The notes: generated by a model not told the origin, from the sequence alone. A DNA stretch of 64,000 nucleotides from Octopus vulgaris (GCA_951406725.2 OX597822.1:96038001-96102000), one strand, 5' to 3'. Shown: positions 29,223 through 42,239, counted from the first letter of the stretch. Numbers and translations: made by a program.

Positions 29223-30413
29223 GCTGCTGCTGCTGCTGTACCGGAGAAAAGTATCTGAGAGTGCTTATTGAAATCATTTGTGACAGAATGAAACATTCGA
29301 ACGTGTGTAATTAACCCAAGGGTCTACTTAGTTAAAAATTGTTTCTTTCGGTATTATTAATCCTTGTAGCACACAACTACCACATATTAAAAAAAGCGCT
29401 TGTACTTAACCCCCTTCCTGCAGCACACTAACTTATCTTATTTAACAAATTTTATTAACTTGTTTTCATTTTATGTGTTTTTTTAGCTAACCCCATTAAT
29501 TCTTTTTTCGGCTTTTAGTTTATTATATTCCTTAATTTTTCTAGAAACTTATTTGGATGCACAAATAAATGTAGTTAATTTTATTTAATCCATGTTCCTG
29601 TTTTAATTAACAAAATGTTGTTGTAAGGCACAAAAAATAAAAGTTGCTCTTACCTCAAGATGCAATCAGCAACAGTCCTTCCAAGCGTCAGGTCACGGGA
29701 AACCAGCAAGACCACACAGTTGTATCCACGCGTGCACTCTGCTCAGTCTCTGGCCAGAAAAGTCTGCTATCCTACGATCATTCCCAATACACGTCTATCG
29801 CTCACAACACACTCGTGAGAATGGAGGCTGTTTTAACCTGCTGCTCCTTGATGTGATGTCATTTCTTTACCCTCTCGGTCCCTTGATGTGACGTCACTTC
29901 CTCTCCTTCCGGTCACTCATTCTTCCTCCACGCACACACACAAAATTAAATTGCTCTGTTAAATGTGTAGAAAATATTTTTGCATTAGATGTGTATATGT
30001 TTGAGTCTAGAAAATGCAAGAACCAAAATAAAATATGTTTGATTTACGTAAAAACGAATATAAATGCTCTGTTGTGTCTACGAAGGGTCATTGTGTCAAT
30101 ATTTTTAACACACGCTCTGGTCCAATTCCACTCCTAAACATTATTTCTTTCAACACATGAATTCACATAAAGCATCTTGCAAACCAGATACAAATATAAA
30201 TATTTAGGCCAATTTGACCTGAATTAATCCCGTGTCCGGCGGTGTTCAAGCGACCGAGGTACAAGATTTTCTTCTGAATGGAACGTCAGACCGTTTCGGA
30301 GTTCAACCTACCACTACCACTAGTATTCATTTTCAGTTTAGTAAACTGGAGTAACGAAAAATGGAGTGTCTAGCTCAAAGACAAAACGCGCTGCCGAGTC
30401 CCGACATGCATGT

Positions 30414-30490
<77 letters not shown>

Positions 30491-30504
30491 GTAGACATAT
30501 GATT

Positions 30505-30536
<32 letters not shown>

Positions 30537-30537
30537 C

Positions 30538-30578
<41 letters not shown>

Positions 30579-30581
30579 CAT

Positions 30582-30671
<90 letters not shown>

Positions 30672-31123
30672 ATTATATATAAACAAAATGTCGGTAGATA
30701 TGAGAGGCAAATATGTATTCATTTAACCACGTGACTTTCATAGGCTTACGACCATTTCGTAAAATTCTTCATTTAATATTAGTTTCAGAATGCTAAAAAT
30801 TCTGCGCATAATTTTGCATTTACATCTATGATCAACCATTATACAATACAATTGTATATACACAAATTAATGCAATAAAGAAAGCTGGCTCCTCAAATCA
30901 CCGGAATATCATGATTACACCAACAGTTCAACTCTGAATGGACACACAAAACTCACTCTTTAAGTACGCAATGTATGGAAGGCCGGAACTGGACAAAATT
31001 ATATTGATTTGGTCATCTCATTTTTACTTTATCTCTTGCTTGCTTTTGTTTTTTTCCTTCTTATCTTGTTTGAATTAAGGATGGTGAATACCTCAATTTC
31101 TACCTTAGCACTTTAACTTAATA

Positions 31124-31355
31124 AGTTTCTTTATTGGCCACACAGGGCTGCACACAGATGGGACAAGTTACAAGGTAGAGCTTTTCTTTTGGGGGATGAA
31201 AAAAAGGGGGTGGCGTAGGTTTTCGATCAAGAGGGATCGTAAAAGGGAAGAAAAGAACAAAAAAAATTTTTTTAAATAAAAAAAGAAGAAGAAAAAATAA
31301 AAAGAATAAAAGAAAAAAAAAAGAAAGGGAAAGGAACAAAAGAAAAGAGAAATGA
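31124..31355 (-). mobile_element. 5'-truncated retroposon (LINE 3' UTR-like) insertion
   Basis: Perfect 14-bp TSD actttaacttaata at 31110 and 31356. The minus strand ends ...gtggccAATAAAgaaac. Confidence 0.75.
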
Positions 31356-31560
31356 ACTTTAACTTAATAGATATGAGGGTGTTCATATGTGAAGAAAATA
31401 TTTTTTTCGATAATAGCAACAGAATATCTTGGCTCCCATGCTTACATTTTGCTGACCAAATTCTAAAATATGATTTTTTAATCTTTTATATTTGTATTGT
31501 ACATTGTGTAGAATGTGCATATACATATTATTGGCGATTAAGACATCACTACTTTTCTTG

Positions 31561-31943
31561 GAAGCACTCCGTCGGTTACGACGACGAGGGTTCCGGTTGA
31601 TCCGAATCAACGGAACAGCCTGCTCGTGAAATTAACGTGTAAGTGGCTGAGCACTCCACAGACACGTGTACCCTTAACGCAGTTCTCGGGGATATTCAGC
31701 GTGACACAGAGAGTGACAAAGCCGGCCCTTTGAAATACAGGTACAACAGAAACAGGAAGTAAGAGTGAGAGAAAGTTGTGTTGAAAGAGTACAGCAGGGA
31801 TCACCACCATCCCCTGCCGGAGCCTCGTGGAGTTTTAGGTGTTTTCGCTCAATAAACACTCACAACGCCCGGTCTGGGAATCGAAACCGCGATCCTATGA
31901 CCGCGAATCCGCTGCCCTAACCACTGGGCCATTGCGCCTCCAC
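31561..31943 (-). mobile_element. SINE family C, full length
   Basis: tRNA-like head and TSD tacttttctt. Confidence 0.93.
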
Positions 31944-32393
31944 TACTTTTCTTAAGGTATCGGAAACCAGTGGAAAACATTCCAATTATTGTTGCTTTTA
32001 AAACAACCAGGTATACCATCTCATTTCCACCACCAAGTTTTACTTAATGATAAATAGAAATCCCCGCTGCTTGATCTATGCACAAACTTTTAAAACAAGT
32101 AAACCTGTTCACGACATAAAGCTTGCTGTTATTCTACATACAAATATAATTGACAGTAATCCTTCTACTATATCTGTAATATCATTAACAACATCGATAA
32201 AATGAAACAAATACTTCGGTGCTTCCATCCAGGGTATTTAAATACCGTTAGCCATGTCTTTTATTTGCTCTGAAACTATCTTCTGAAACCCTGAAATAAG
32301 TTGTATGCTAGAGTTTAAAACAAATACAAACTCATATTTAATGAGGGGCGTCATTGCATTATAATTGGTTTGCACACTTCATAATCACTTTGC

Positions 32394-32775
32394 GTGGAGG
32401 CGCAATGGCCCAGTGGTTAGGGCAGCGGACTCGCGGTCGTAGGATCGCGGTTTCGATTCCCAGACCGGGCGTTGTGAGTGTTTATTGAGCGAAAACACCT
32501 AAAAGCTCCATGAGGCTCCGGCAGTGGGGGTGGTGATCCCTGCTGTACTCTTTCACCACAACTTTCTCTCACTCTTACTTCCTGTTTCTGTTGTACCTGT
32601 ATTTCAAAGGGCCGGCCTTGTCACTCTCTGTATCACGCTGAATATCCCCGAGAACTGCGTTAAGGGTACACGTGTCTGTGGAGTGCTCAGCCACTTAGAC
32701 GTTAATTTCACGAGCAGGCTGTTCCGTTGATCGGATCAACCGGAACCCTCGTCGTCGTAACCGACGGAGTGCTTC
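32394..32775 (+). mobile_element. SINE family C, full length (possibly octopus tRNA-Arg-derived OR type)
   Basis: A box TGGCCCAGTGG, B box GGTTTCGATTCCC, and TSD aat(c/t)actttgc. The family name is from recall only. Confidence 0.93.
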
Positions 32776-33039
32776 AGGAATTACTTTGCATTAAAGGAAT
32801 ATTCTCATCAATTTATTTCTTTACTGCCCACAAGGGTGATTTGAGGAGCCAGCTTTCTTTATTTGCATTAATTTGTGTATATACAATTGTATTGTATAAT
32901 GGTTGATCATTGATGTAAATGGAAAATTATGCAAAGAATTTTTAGCATTCTGAAACTAATATTAAATGAAGGTTGCGAAACGGTCGTAAACCTATGAAAG
33001 TCACGTGGTTAAATGAATACATATTTACCTCTCATATCT

Positions 33040-33428
33040 CTTTCCTCTTTTACTCTTTTACTTGTTTCAGTCATTTGACTGCGGCCATGCTGGAGCACCG
33101 CCTTTAGTCGAGCAAATCGACCCCGGGACTTATTCTTTGTAAGCCCAGTACTTATTCTATCGGTATCTTTTGCCGAACCGCTAAGTAACGGGGACGTAAA
33201 CACACCAGCATCGGTTGTCAAGCAATGCTAGGGGGACAAACACAGACACACAAACACACATACATACATATATATACGACAGGCTTCTTTCAGTTTCCGT
33301 CTACCAAATCCACTCACAAAGTATTGGTCGGCCCTGGGCTATAGCAGAAGACACTTGCCCAAGGTGCCACACAGTGGGACTGAACCCGGAACCATGTGGT
33401 TGGTTAGCAAGCTACTTACCACACAGCC
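33040..33428 (-). mobile_element. SINE family A
   Basis: Homology to 17925-18312. Confidence 0.9.
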
Positions 33429-33924
33429 TCCCAACATTTTGTTTATATGAAAATAGATTGCTCTTTCTATAAAGATTATGTTTATAATGCTAGGATGTCA
33501 AAACTCAGACACCCTTTCTGTTTGCATCATTCCTTATGTTTAATCAAATTATGGATTTCAAAATTCTTTTCGTTGTTTCTTTTTGTGTTGTTTTTTCATC
33601 GAAAGAAGATGCACAGATTTTTCTTTTGTTGGTATTTATCTAAGGCAGAGAAGTCTAATTTTCAATATTGATTGAAAATCGTTAACACAAAGTAAGTTAA
33701 TGAAACACGTCAGCACTATTTTACGATCCTAATTGAAAGTCTACGATTAAGTAGCGAAGATGACACACAAAAGAACGCAAACACATACATTTACACTTAC
33801 ACGTACAATAATAAGCACTCACATGTCCTGAGATATACTGGTTTGCACTCACACACGCACACATATAAATATACCATCGCTAGCCACAACACACATTTTT
33901 TCTCTCCTTGTTTTTTCTGTGTAC

Positions 33925-33960
33925 CTTTCTGTAGAAGAGCGTAGGCTCGAAACGTAAAAG
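33925..33960 (+). ncRNA. Minimal type-I hammerhead-like motif
   Basis: CTTT-CTGTAGA-A-GAGC-gtag-GCTC-GAAA-CG-T-A-AAAG with perfect stems I and II and an A6U core change. A related copy lies on the minus strand at ~53893-53928. Confidence 0.7.
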
Positions 33961-34050
33961 ACTTTTTTCTATTCGTGAGCGTTATACTAATACATCTGTT
34001 TGTTTTCTACACCGCCTGTCTTCGTCTTTTGTTTTTTTTCGTAAACTCTC

Positions 34051-34232
<182 letters not shown>

Positions 34233-34830
34233 TAATATTTATCTTCCACTTAAAGTAGATGTGTTATAACTCAGATTACTGCGTTGTTTACCAAGAGAGA
34301 ACCTTTCACATTGACTTGTGGTGTTTAAAACAAATCGTGTTTATATCGCTGGTCATGTCAATGACAGCCGTCCGTAGCTACACATTAACAGTGGGCTTAT
34401 TAAAAAATAATTAAAAGCTACTCTGGCTATTTGCGATACAGTACTTGAATAGACACTGAGATTCAATATGAATCGCTGGCAGAGGACTTGGGATCTATGT
34501 CTAGCTGCGGACGTCTGTCATTCACAAGACCAAGGAAGGCCGAAATCATGTGATCTGGCAGTTTCGACAGCCGTAACAAACGGTTATCACCCGCTAGCGA
34601 TATAAACACGAGTGCTTTTATGCACCGCAAATCTATATGAGAGGGCCTCTCATGGTAAACATCGCAGTATTCTGTTATATAACACAACAGCCACTTTAAA
34701 TGGGAGATAAAAATTACCTTTTGGAATTAGTACTGCTTCTGTTGCTGTTAATGATTATATATAAATATATATGCACGTGCGTATGCACACACCCGCGCAC
34801 ACGCATGCACGCACACACGCATGCACGCAC

Positions 34831-34869
<39 letters not shown>

Positions 34870-34889
34870 CCATCATCATTATCATCATC

Positions 34890-36060
34890 ATCAAGATCCC
34901 TTAACCGATGTAGCCTGTCATTGGGGTGCGTGCTACACAAGATGCTTCCATAGTCAGCCACCACCTCTGGTCTCAGTTCTGATGCGTAGTAGAGTCGTTG
35001 AGCTATGACCTGCCCAGTTGTTGATCCTGTTAAATCAGGATTTTCTCTATCTGCCTCACTTTCGCCCTTATTCAACTGATCCCTGTAGAATGGTTTTGGA
35101 CTGGGAGTTGTGGCGGGATTCCTGACCGTGCCAGGCAAGCTTTCGTCTTTTACGCAAGGAGTGGTTCTTGTCTGCTAGCTTGTATTTGTTGACTTGCAGC
35201 CTGACAAAGATGTTCGTTTTGTGCTCTATGTACGAGATGTGTGACAGCCTTCTGAAACACTTGTACTCAAACGCTTGGATTCTTCGCTCCATGTCAGCTG
35301 TAAGAGATCAGTTCTCACCACACAGAAGGAACAAAGTCACCAGGGTTTTGTGCACTCTGAATCTTGTTGGAGAACTAATGGAATAGCTCTTCCTTATGTT
35401 GTTCACCTTTGTCATGGCAGCAGAGGATAATGTGAGTTTTGCTGTTATTTCCTTTTGAGATCTGCCGTCCTTGGTCAAAGTGGATCCTAAGTACTTCAAG
35501 TTATCCTCTTCAAGTCTCTCTCCGTTTACGCTGATTGGGCTTATCTCCATCCTGTATGTTCCTGATACCTTTTCCAGTCTTGAGGTTCCGCTTCACGGCT
35601 TCCAAATAGGTAAATATCATCAGTAAAGCGTAGACTGGAAGTGGGCCGTCCTCCAATGGTGTTGTTGATCTGGTTAACTTTTAATACAGTGCTTGGATTA
35701 CTTCGATGAGGCTGTTGTCGAAGTTGTAATTCTTCATCACTTGCTATAACCCATCATGCCAAATACGGTCAAAGACCATTTTAAAATCGATGAACTCGTG
35801 ATAGACATCAGATTGGTGTTGCAGACGTTTCTCAGCGTGCAGTCTAATGTTAAATATCAGTTCCACAGTACTCCTTTCTTAGACCTAAATCTTGCCTGTT
35901 CTTCTGCAAGAATTTCTTCTGCCTTCCCCTTATTATTAGGTTGATTGCTCCGTAATTCTGGCAGAGTCTTAAGTTGCCTTTCTTAGGAATGAACATCATA
36001 AGTAATTGGAACCACTCCATTGGCCACTGCTTTGTCTTCCATATCTGCTGACAGTTAACG
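34890..36060 (-). pseudogene. Decayed RTE-clade LINE (RT and C-terminus)
   Basis: VNGERLEE..KYLGSTLTKDGRSQKEI, RRIQAFEYKCFRRL, RRKLAWHG...KTILQGSVE. Multiple frameshifts and a (GAT)n tail. Confidence 0.9.
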
Positions 36061-37448
36061 AGGATTCCGTAGATTTTAGGAACTGATAAGAATTACTTAC
36101 TAAAGGTGCTGTCTAATGGTATTGAACACAAGATCGTGCAGCTGTAACACAAACCTTCTGAATCATCCAGCCATGTCTACACTTTTAAATTCCTGTGTTT
36201 GAGCTTTATTTCCTGTGCAGTAAAGTCAGAATTTTTATGCCTGTTATTAATTTTATTAACCCATTCAAGGGAAGACTAAAGGCGAAAACGGCTAGTGTGG
36301 TGTTTGAACTCAGAGAGCTCTGATACTTAATTCTCTGTTCTACTTATTCTGCTAGCTATTGCTTACACTTTGGCTATAAATAGCTTGAAACGACTAACTT
36401 TAGTGATTAAGTAAATAATCATAATTTCGTTCTGTCCATTTCTCTGACAGAAACGCTAGATGTACTGAATGTTTCTATAACTAAATTGTGATACTAATTG
36501 ATTCGAGCTTTTTGATTATCTTGAAGTGGCAGACAGTTCTTGGGTTTCTTATAATTAAATTGAAACAACAGACGACTTTAAGTAAAACGGACCAGAATTT
36601 AATCGTAGTTTTGTTGTGACTAACTTTAGACAGAGAAGAACCTTAAGAACATAAATACGTGTATAAGCAGCTAGAAATAAAGAGAAACCCTACGCAATTG
36701 ATGTGGTATTATAGCTAAAATGGTAGGGTAAATAATCACTGTGAAATAGAAATTGATTTAACTAACATAATTTCGTGTGCAGTTGTTGGGCTATTAGAAC
36801 GAAAATGAAACTGAAGAATTGAAAGCTAATTAGAAATAAAGTGAAAAAGTGCCGTATCTTTTCCCGAAAAGATTTTGAAGTAGAAAGCAATTCTTCATCG
36901 AGTTTGTTTTTTTAATTGCTTGTTGTTTTAATTTTTTTTTTTTTTTTTTTTTTTCTTCTTTACCTTTACTCACACAACTATGTCGTCGAGAAGTGAGACT
37001 CAATCTTCGATCTGCTTGAAGTGTAAGTAAATGATTGTGCTAACAACATTATGAGCTGAAGGCTTGTTTGAAATTATAATCAACAGTAAAATGCTCCCGA
37101 CACAAATCAAAGTACCTAAATTTTGTTTCAGGCTAAAAATTCATTTATTCTAGACAATGATTATCTAGGAAATATTGTTTTTGAGATGGCGTGCTATAAT
37201 AGCACTTTTTTCAACAGTTTTTCATGAACTCCACTTACGATAGAATATAAGTAATCATATACTTACTAACACTTAACTTTGAAAACTACGACAATCATTA
37301 AGTTTTGGATTCGGGAATACAGAATGAAAGTAGTTTAGCAAATAGTAATGATGGTGTGTTCTCCGTCGGTCTCGACGATAAGCTTTCAGTTGTCCTACTA
37401 ATAGAATTTTTATTCGTGAAATTAAAATGTAAACAAATGAATATTCCA

Positions 37449-37570
<122 letters not shown>

Positions 37571-37769
37571 TCTTGAAAATTTGCAAATCAGCAAATTTGC
37601 TGTTTAAATATAAAACCACAGTCCGTAGCGGGTTGCGAACGGCGGGTATTGTATCCGTAGCTGATGCAACGCAACGGCGTAGAAACACATGTCCTGCGAT
37701 CCGGTAACTCGTTCATAGTCGAATCGATGTGCCACAATGCAACAACTCTGAACAATGCATTACATGTGT

Positions 37770-38545
37770 TATCTAAAGAAAGTAAATGTGGACATTATAT
37801 ATCTCGACTTTGCAACATCCTTTGATAAAACAGACCATGGTATGGTATGTCACAAGCTGTGCGATTTTGGCATAGTCGGAGAACTTGAAGAGTGGCTACA
37901 CGACTTTTTAAAAGATAGGAGTCAGATAGTGGTGGCCAATAGAGCCACCTCTATAGAAAAAGAGTGGTGTTCCAGAGAACACTGCCTTAGAGCCACTTTT
38001 ATTCATAGTGGCCTTTCAGACATGCCCTCAGCTGCTTAAATACACATCCTTGCTAGCTATGCAGACGATAGCTCTCAGAGGATACAGAACTCTGGATATA
38101 TTGCGCAGCTGCAACAGGGGTTGGACGCAATATAAAGGTAGGCTGGAGAAAATAACATGCAGGTTAATGCTGAAAAATTTAAAGCTAGCCTTGCACAACC
38201 AGCACGCAAAGCTGAATGAAATGCTGACAAAATGCACTGGCCCAGGAGGGATTGCAATCCCTGATTAAAAATCAGTGCGCGACCTTGGCATTCACATGAA
38301 TAATGATGCATATTTGCAGGCGCATATTACTAAGTTAGCAATAAAATGCGGACGGCTGGCCGGGTGGATCCTTCCAGAACGAAAGAATAGGAAACCATAT
38401 GGTCCTCTGGAGGACATATGCTCTCAACCACTTAGAGTAAAATTAACAAAGAAACTCGATGCAATCCAGCGAAGCTATACAATGAAGATCGTCTCTATCT
38501 AGTATGTCAGCTACTGGGAAAAGTTGACAGGATTAAAAATCTATG
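37770..38545 (+). pseudogene. Decayed CR1/L2-like LINE RT fragment
   Basis: VDIIYLDFATSFDKTDH, WLHDFLKDRSQ, YADD (tatgcagacgat), RDLGI and LDAIQRSYT across frameshifts. Confidence 0.88.
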
Positions 38546-38761
38546 TAATCTTTGTTAAAAAAAAGGTTTAAAATACACATTATAAGTCATATCAAATAGA
38601 AGCAACGCTCTTCTGTCCCCACAGACTAATAACAGGTAAGTTATATATATTTTTTCAAATATTTTTTCAAATAATTTTATTGCATTTTATAGTAGCAAAC
38701 ATTAAAACTAATGTTTATATTATTTTATTGGATATAACTTTCTATGAGTATTCCATAAAAT

Positions 38762-38821
38762 AAGGTTATCCTGAAATAGGAATTGCGGTTAGAACCGCAA
38801 TTCCTATTTCAGGATAACCTT
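38762..38821. repeat. Perfect palindrome with 29-bp arms and 2-nt loop
   Basis: aaggttatcctgaaataggaattgcggtt-ag-aaccgcaattcctatttcaggataacctt. Confidence 0.97.
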
Positions 38822-38933
38822 GTCCCAAATGTGTAATAATATTATAAATGATATTCTTTACATTGCATTAGTAAAGTGTAAAATAGTAAATGTCCTGATA
38901 ACCTGGAATACTTATTATTCCCTAAGATTTTAA

Positions 38934-38964
<31 letters not shown>

Positions 38965-38965
38965 C

Positions 38966-39171
38966 ACAATTGCAGCATGGAAGGTGTTTGTAAGCCATTT
39001 AAGAAACACACAAAAGCCGTTCAATTCACAGCACGGATTTTTGTCAGTGAACAGGTCGCGGATTTTAGCGACGAAAATATTTTGACAAATTAAACTTAAA
39101 TGTTGAAGTGAATCGAACGGCTTTTGTGTGTTTCTTAAATGGCTTACAAACACCTTCCACGCTGCAATTGT
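38966..39171. repeat. Inverted repeat with 64-bp arms and 78-bp spacer, embedded in (TA)n
   Basis: 38966-39029 versus 39108-39171, with about two mismatches. Confidence 0.95.
39040..39089 (+). ncRNA. Minimal type-I hammerhead-like motif with G3-C8 core swap
   Basis: TTTGTCA-GTGAACA-G-GTCGC-ggatttta-GCGAC-GAAA-ATAT-T-T-TGACAAA. Confidence 0.7.
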
Positions 39172-39214
39172 TTTCGTTCCAGATCAAATCACTTGCTATG
39201 CAAGTACATCTCCG

Positions 39215-39273
<59 letters not shown>

Positions 39274-39303
39274 TATGTATATGTATATAAGTATGTATGT
39301 TTC

Positions 39304-39335
<32 letters not shown>

Positions 39336-39714
39336 AACACATACATACTTATATACATATATACATATGTATATACGTATGCATATGTAAATATGTGTTT
39401 GTGCGTGAATTTTTGTATTTGTCCTTGTCTCTCACTATCACTTTTTGACAAACAATATCAGCAGTTCAGCTAAAAGAGACAGTAGACAACTTACCAGGCT
39501 TAAAAGAAGTTCTAGAGTCGATTTGATCACCTGATCCCTTGTAAGCGGTACCCCAGCATAGACCCAGCAACGGAATCACTGAAAGAAGTAAAGGAAATTT
39601 TTTTTGAAAAAGGAACATATTATGCTGAATGCCACCGGTCCAGGAGTCCATGAATCATTTTGAAGTCGAAGCAGAGCAAATTCTTTTAATAGTGTTTATC
39701 TAATTATTTTGTTG

Positions 39715-39940
39715 TACTCTTTACTCTTTACTCTTTTACTCTATTACTTGTTTCAGTCATTTGACTGCGGCCATGCTGGAGCACCGCCTTTAGTCGAGCA
39801 AATCGACCCCAGGACTTATTCTTTGTAAGCCTAGTACTTATTTTATCGGTCTCTTTTTGCCGAACCTATAAGTGACAGGGACGTAAATACACCAGCACTA
39901 GGGGCACAAACACAGACACACAAACACACACATACATATA
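39715..39940 (-). mobile_element. SINE family A, 3' half
   Basis: Family tail with (cttttact)n. Confidence 0.85.
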
Positions 39941-39978
39941 TGGCCACAGAGTAAAGAGTAAAAGAGTAAGCTGGTGAA

Positions 39979-40190
39979 GGGCGGCGTGCTGACAGGATCA
40001 CTAGCACGCCGGGTTAAACGCTTAGCGGCTTTTCGCCCATCTTCACACTCTGACTTCAAATTCCGCTGAGGTCATCTTTAACTTTCGTCCTTTCGGAATC
40101 GATAAAATAAGTACCAGTCTAGCTTAGCTCTGTATTCGACTTACGCCACTCCCCGACCTTGCTTGTCTTGTGACAATATTTGAAACCAAT
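39979..40190 (+). mobile_element. SINE family B, diverged
   Basis: ggcggcgtgctgacagg...ctttcgtcctttcggaatcgataaaataagtaccag. Confidence 0.75.
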
Positions 40191-40747
40191 ATACGTGAAA
40201 GTGAATGGCTCCTATCTGTGATTCGAAATCGAGCCGGATTTCTTCCAAGAAGGAACGTGAAACTTTGTGAAGATCATGCCTTTCTCCAGATTATAAAGAA
40301 AAGATACAAAAGAATTTCGAACTAAATGATTTTCAATAAGTTGTTTTTCTATCTGTCTATCCCTTGGATTGAAATCGCAACGTGTTTACTCTGACAAAAC
40401 GCAAACGTGAGCAATCCTTTAAGAAAAAAATGCAATGAAATTATTCTAACTTAAAAAATCAAAAATAATTCAATTGAGCTTTCTATTTTAATTATTAGAC
40501 AAAATGAGTTCTAAAATGATGACATCAAATGCCAACACTTTGGTATGTCTCACTTTGTCATTCGCGTGATCTTTAAACACTCTCTAATTCAGTTGTGAAA
40601 TTTTCTCTGGAACTAAAGTACCATATCCCTCTATGAATTCCTAAGGGAAATTTCTTCAACCTAATAAAGGCAATCCTGCATTAGCCATGAGCAAAATCAT
40701 CATTAGAATCATTATTATAATCATTATTGTTGTTGTTGCTATTACTG

Positions 40748-40817
<70 letters not shown>

Positions 40818-41465
40818 TGTGGTTATTATTTTTTATTCTTTTGCATTCTTTTAAAACAACACTATGATGTCTTTTTTTTTTCTCAAATGATATATTAAGA
40901 AATGAAGTTAAACGTAAAAGAAAACACGAGCTGCTGAAGTTATTATAAAATTGTCTTTACCTGCATTCTCTGGCATTTCCCTGATGTGTGAGGCATATTT
41001 TCCGTTAATGTTCAGTTAAATATAAGGTAATTGGATGATTTCTATGATGAAAGGCTTCAAAATAATTGACATGAAGGGAGAAAATTAGTTGAAATCGTTC
41101 TAAGATGAAATATTTCAATTACAGTAACGTGACAGGGAAAGAGAAAAACGGTCGATGATTTCGCAAAGTCGTTTACACGATACGATTTCACTTCTTTGTT
41201 GAAAACATCTCGTGTGGCTACTATGCTGTAGGAAAGGCATAGATGTGAGTGCTTTCATGGCTGTGGGGTTAAGATTAGCTTCGGAAGTTCGTAGCTCCGA
41301 GTACGATCCCACCATGCAGCACTTTCAGCAATTTTCTTCCAGTATAGCCAACAGCTCATTGGGTCTAGTATGTGAAATTTTGTTGACGGAAGCTATGTAT
41401 GTATGAGTGTATATATCTGCGTGCGTGCATGTATACTAGAATGTGTAAGCATATGTGTGCATATA

Positions 41466-41530
<65 letters not shown>

Positions 41531-41668
41531 ATATATATATATTGATGATTTCATTTGAATGAAACAGTTCTAGTCCTGTAGAAGCTCCTTCTATAAAATA
41601 AATTAATTTGCTCTGCTATGTATTGAGTACCTTACTTACTGTGGTTAACCCCGACTCAACCTGGGACC

Positions 41669-41773
<105 letters not shown>

Positions 41774-41801
41774 GTATGCATGTATATGTATGCATCTTTG
41801 A

Positions 41802-41833
<32 letters not shown>

Positions 41834-41875
41834 GGAGATAGATAGATAGATAGATAATATATATACAGATATCTC

Positions 41876-41907
<32 letters not shown>

Positions 41908-42090
41908 TGTATGTATGTATGAATGGATGGATGAGAGGGAGAGGTAAAGTAATTGGATGAGTTCTACGATGAAGGGCTTCAAAGTAATTGACACGAAGGA
42001 GGAAGAGATACAGGAGAGAAACATATGTGTATGTGTGTGCATATGTTCGCGTGTGTGTTTGTATATGCATATGTGTATATACATACATGC

Positions 42091-42127
<37 letters not shown>

Positions 42128-42239
42128 GTATGTATATATGTAAATATATATGTATGTATATATGTATATATATATATGTATATATTCATATATACATATA
42201 TCCATATATACACACACACACACACACACAAATATATAT

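Larger units (their letters stand above)
30696..33039. repeat. Dispersed inverted pair of ~205 bp (30696-30902 and 32835-33039)
   Basis: agatatgagagg...ctcctcaaatcacc versus ggtgatttgaggag...cctctcatatct. Confidence 0.92.

Noticed and set aside
32394-32470. Genuine tRNA genes at SINE heads (also 42240)
   Set aside because: They continue into multi-copy SINE bodies, some with TSDs, and lack a proper acceptor stem.
37298-37440. Possible host exon
   Set aside because: No recognisable protein similarity or convincing splice-site pair.
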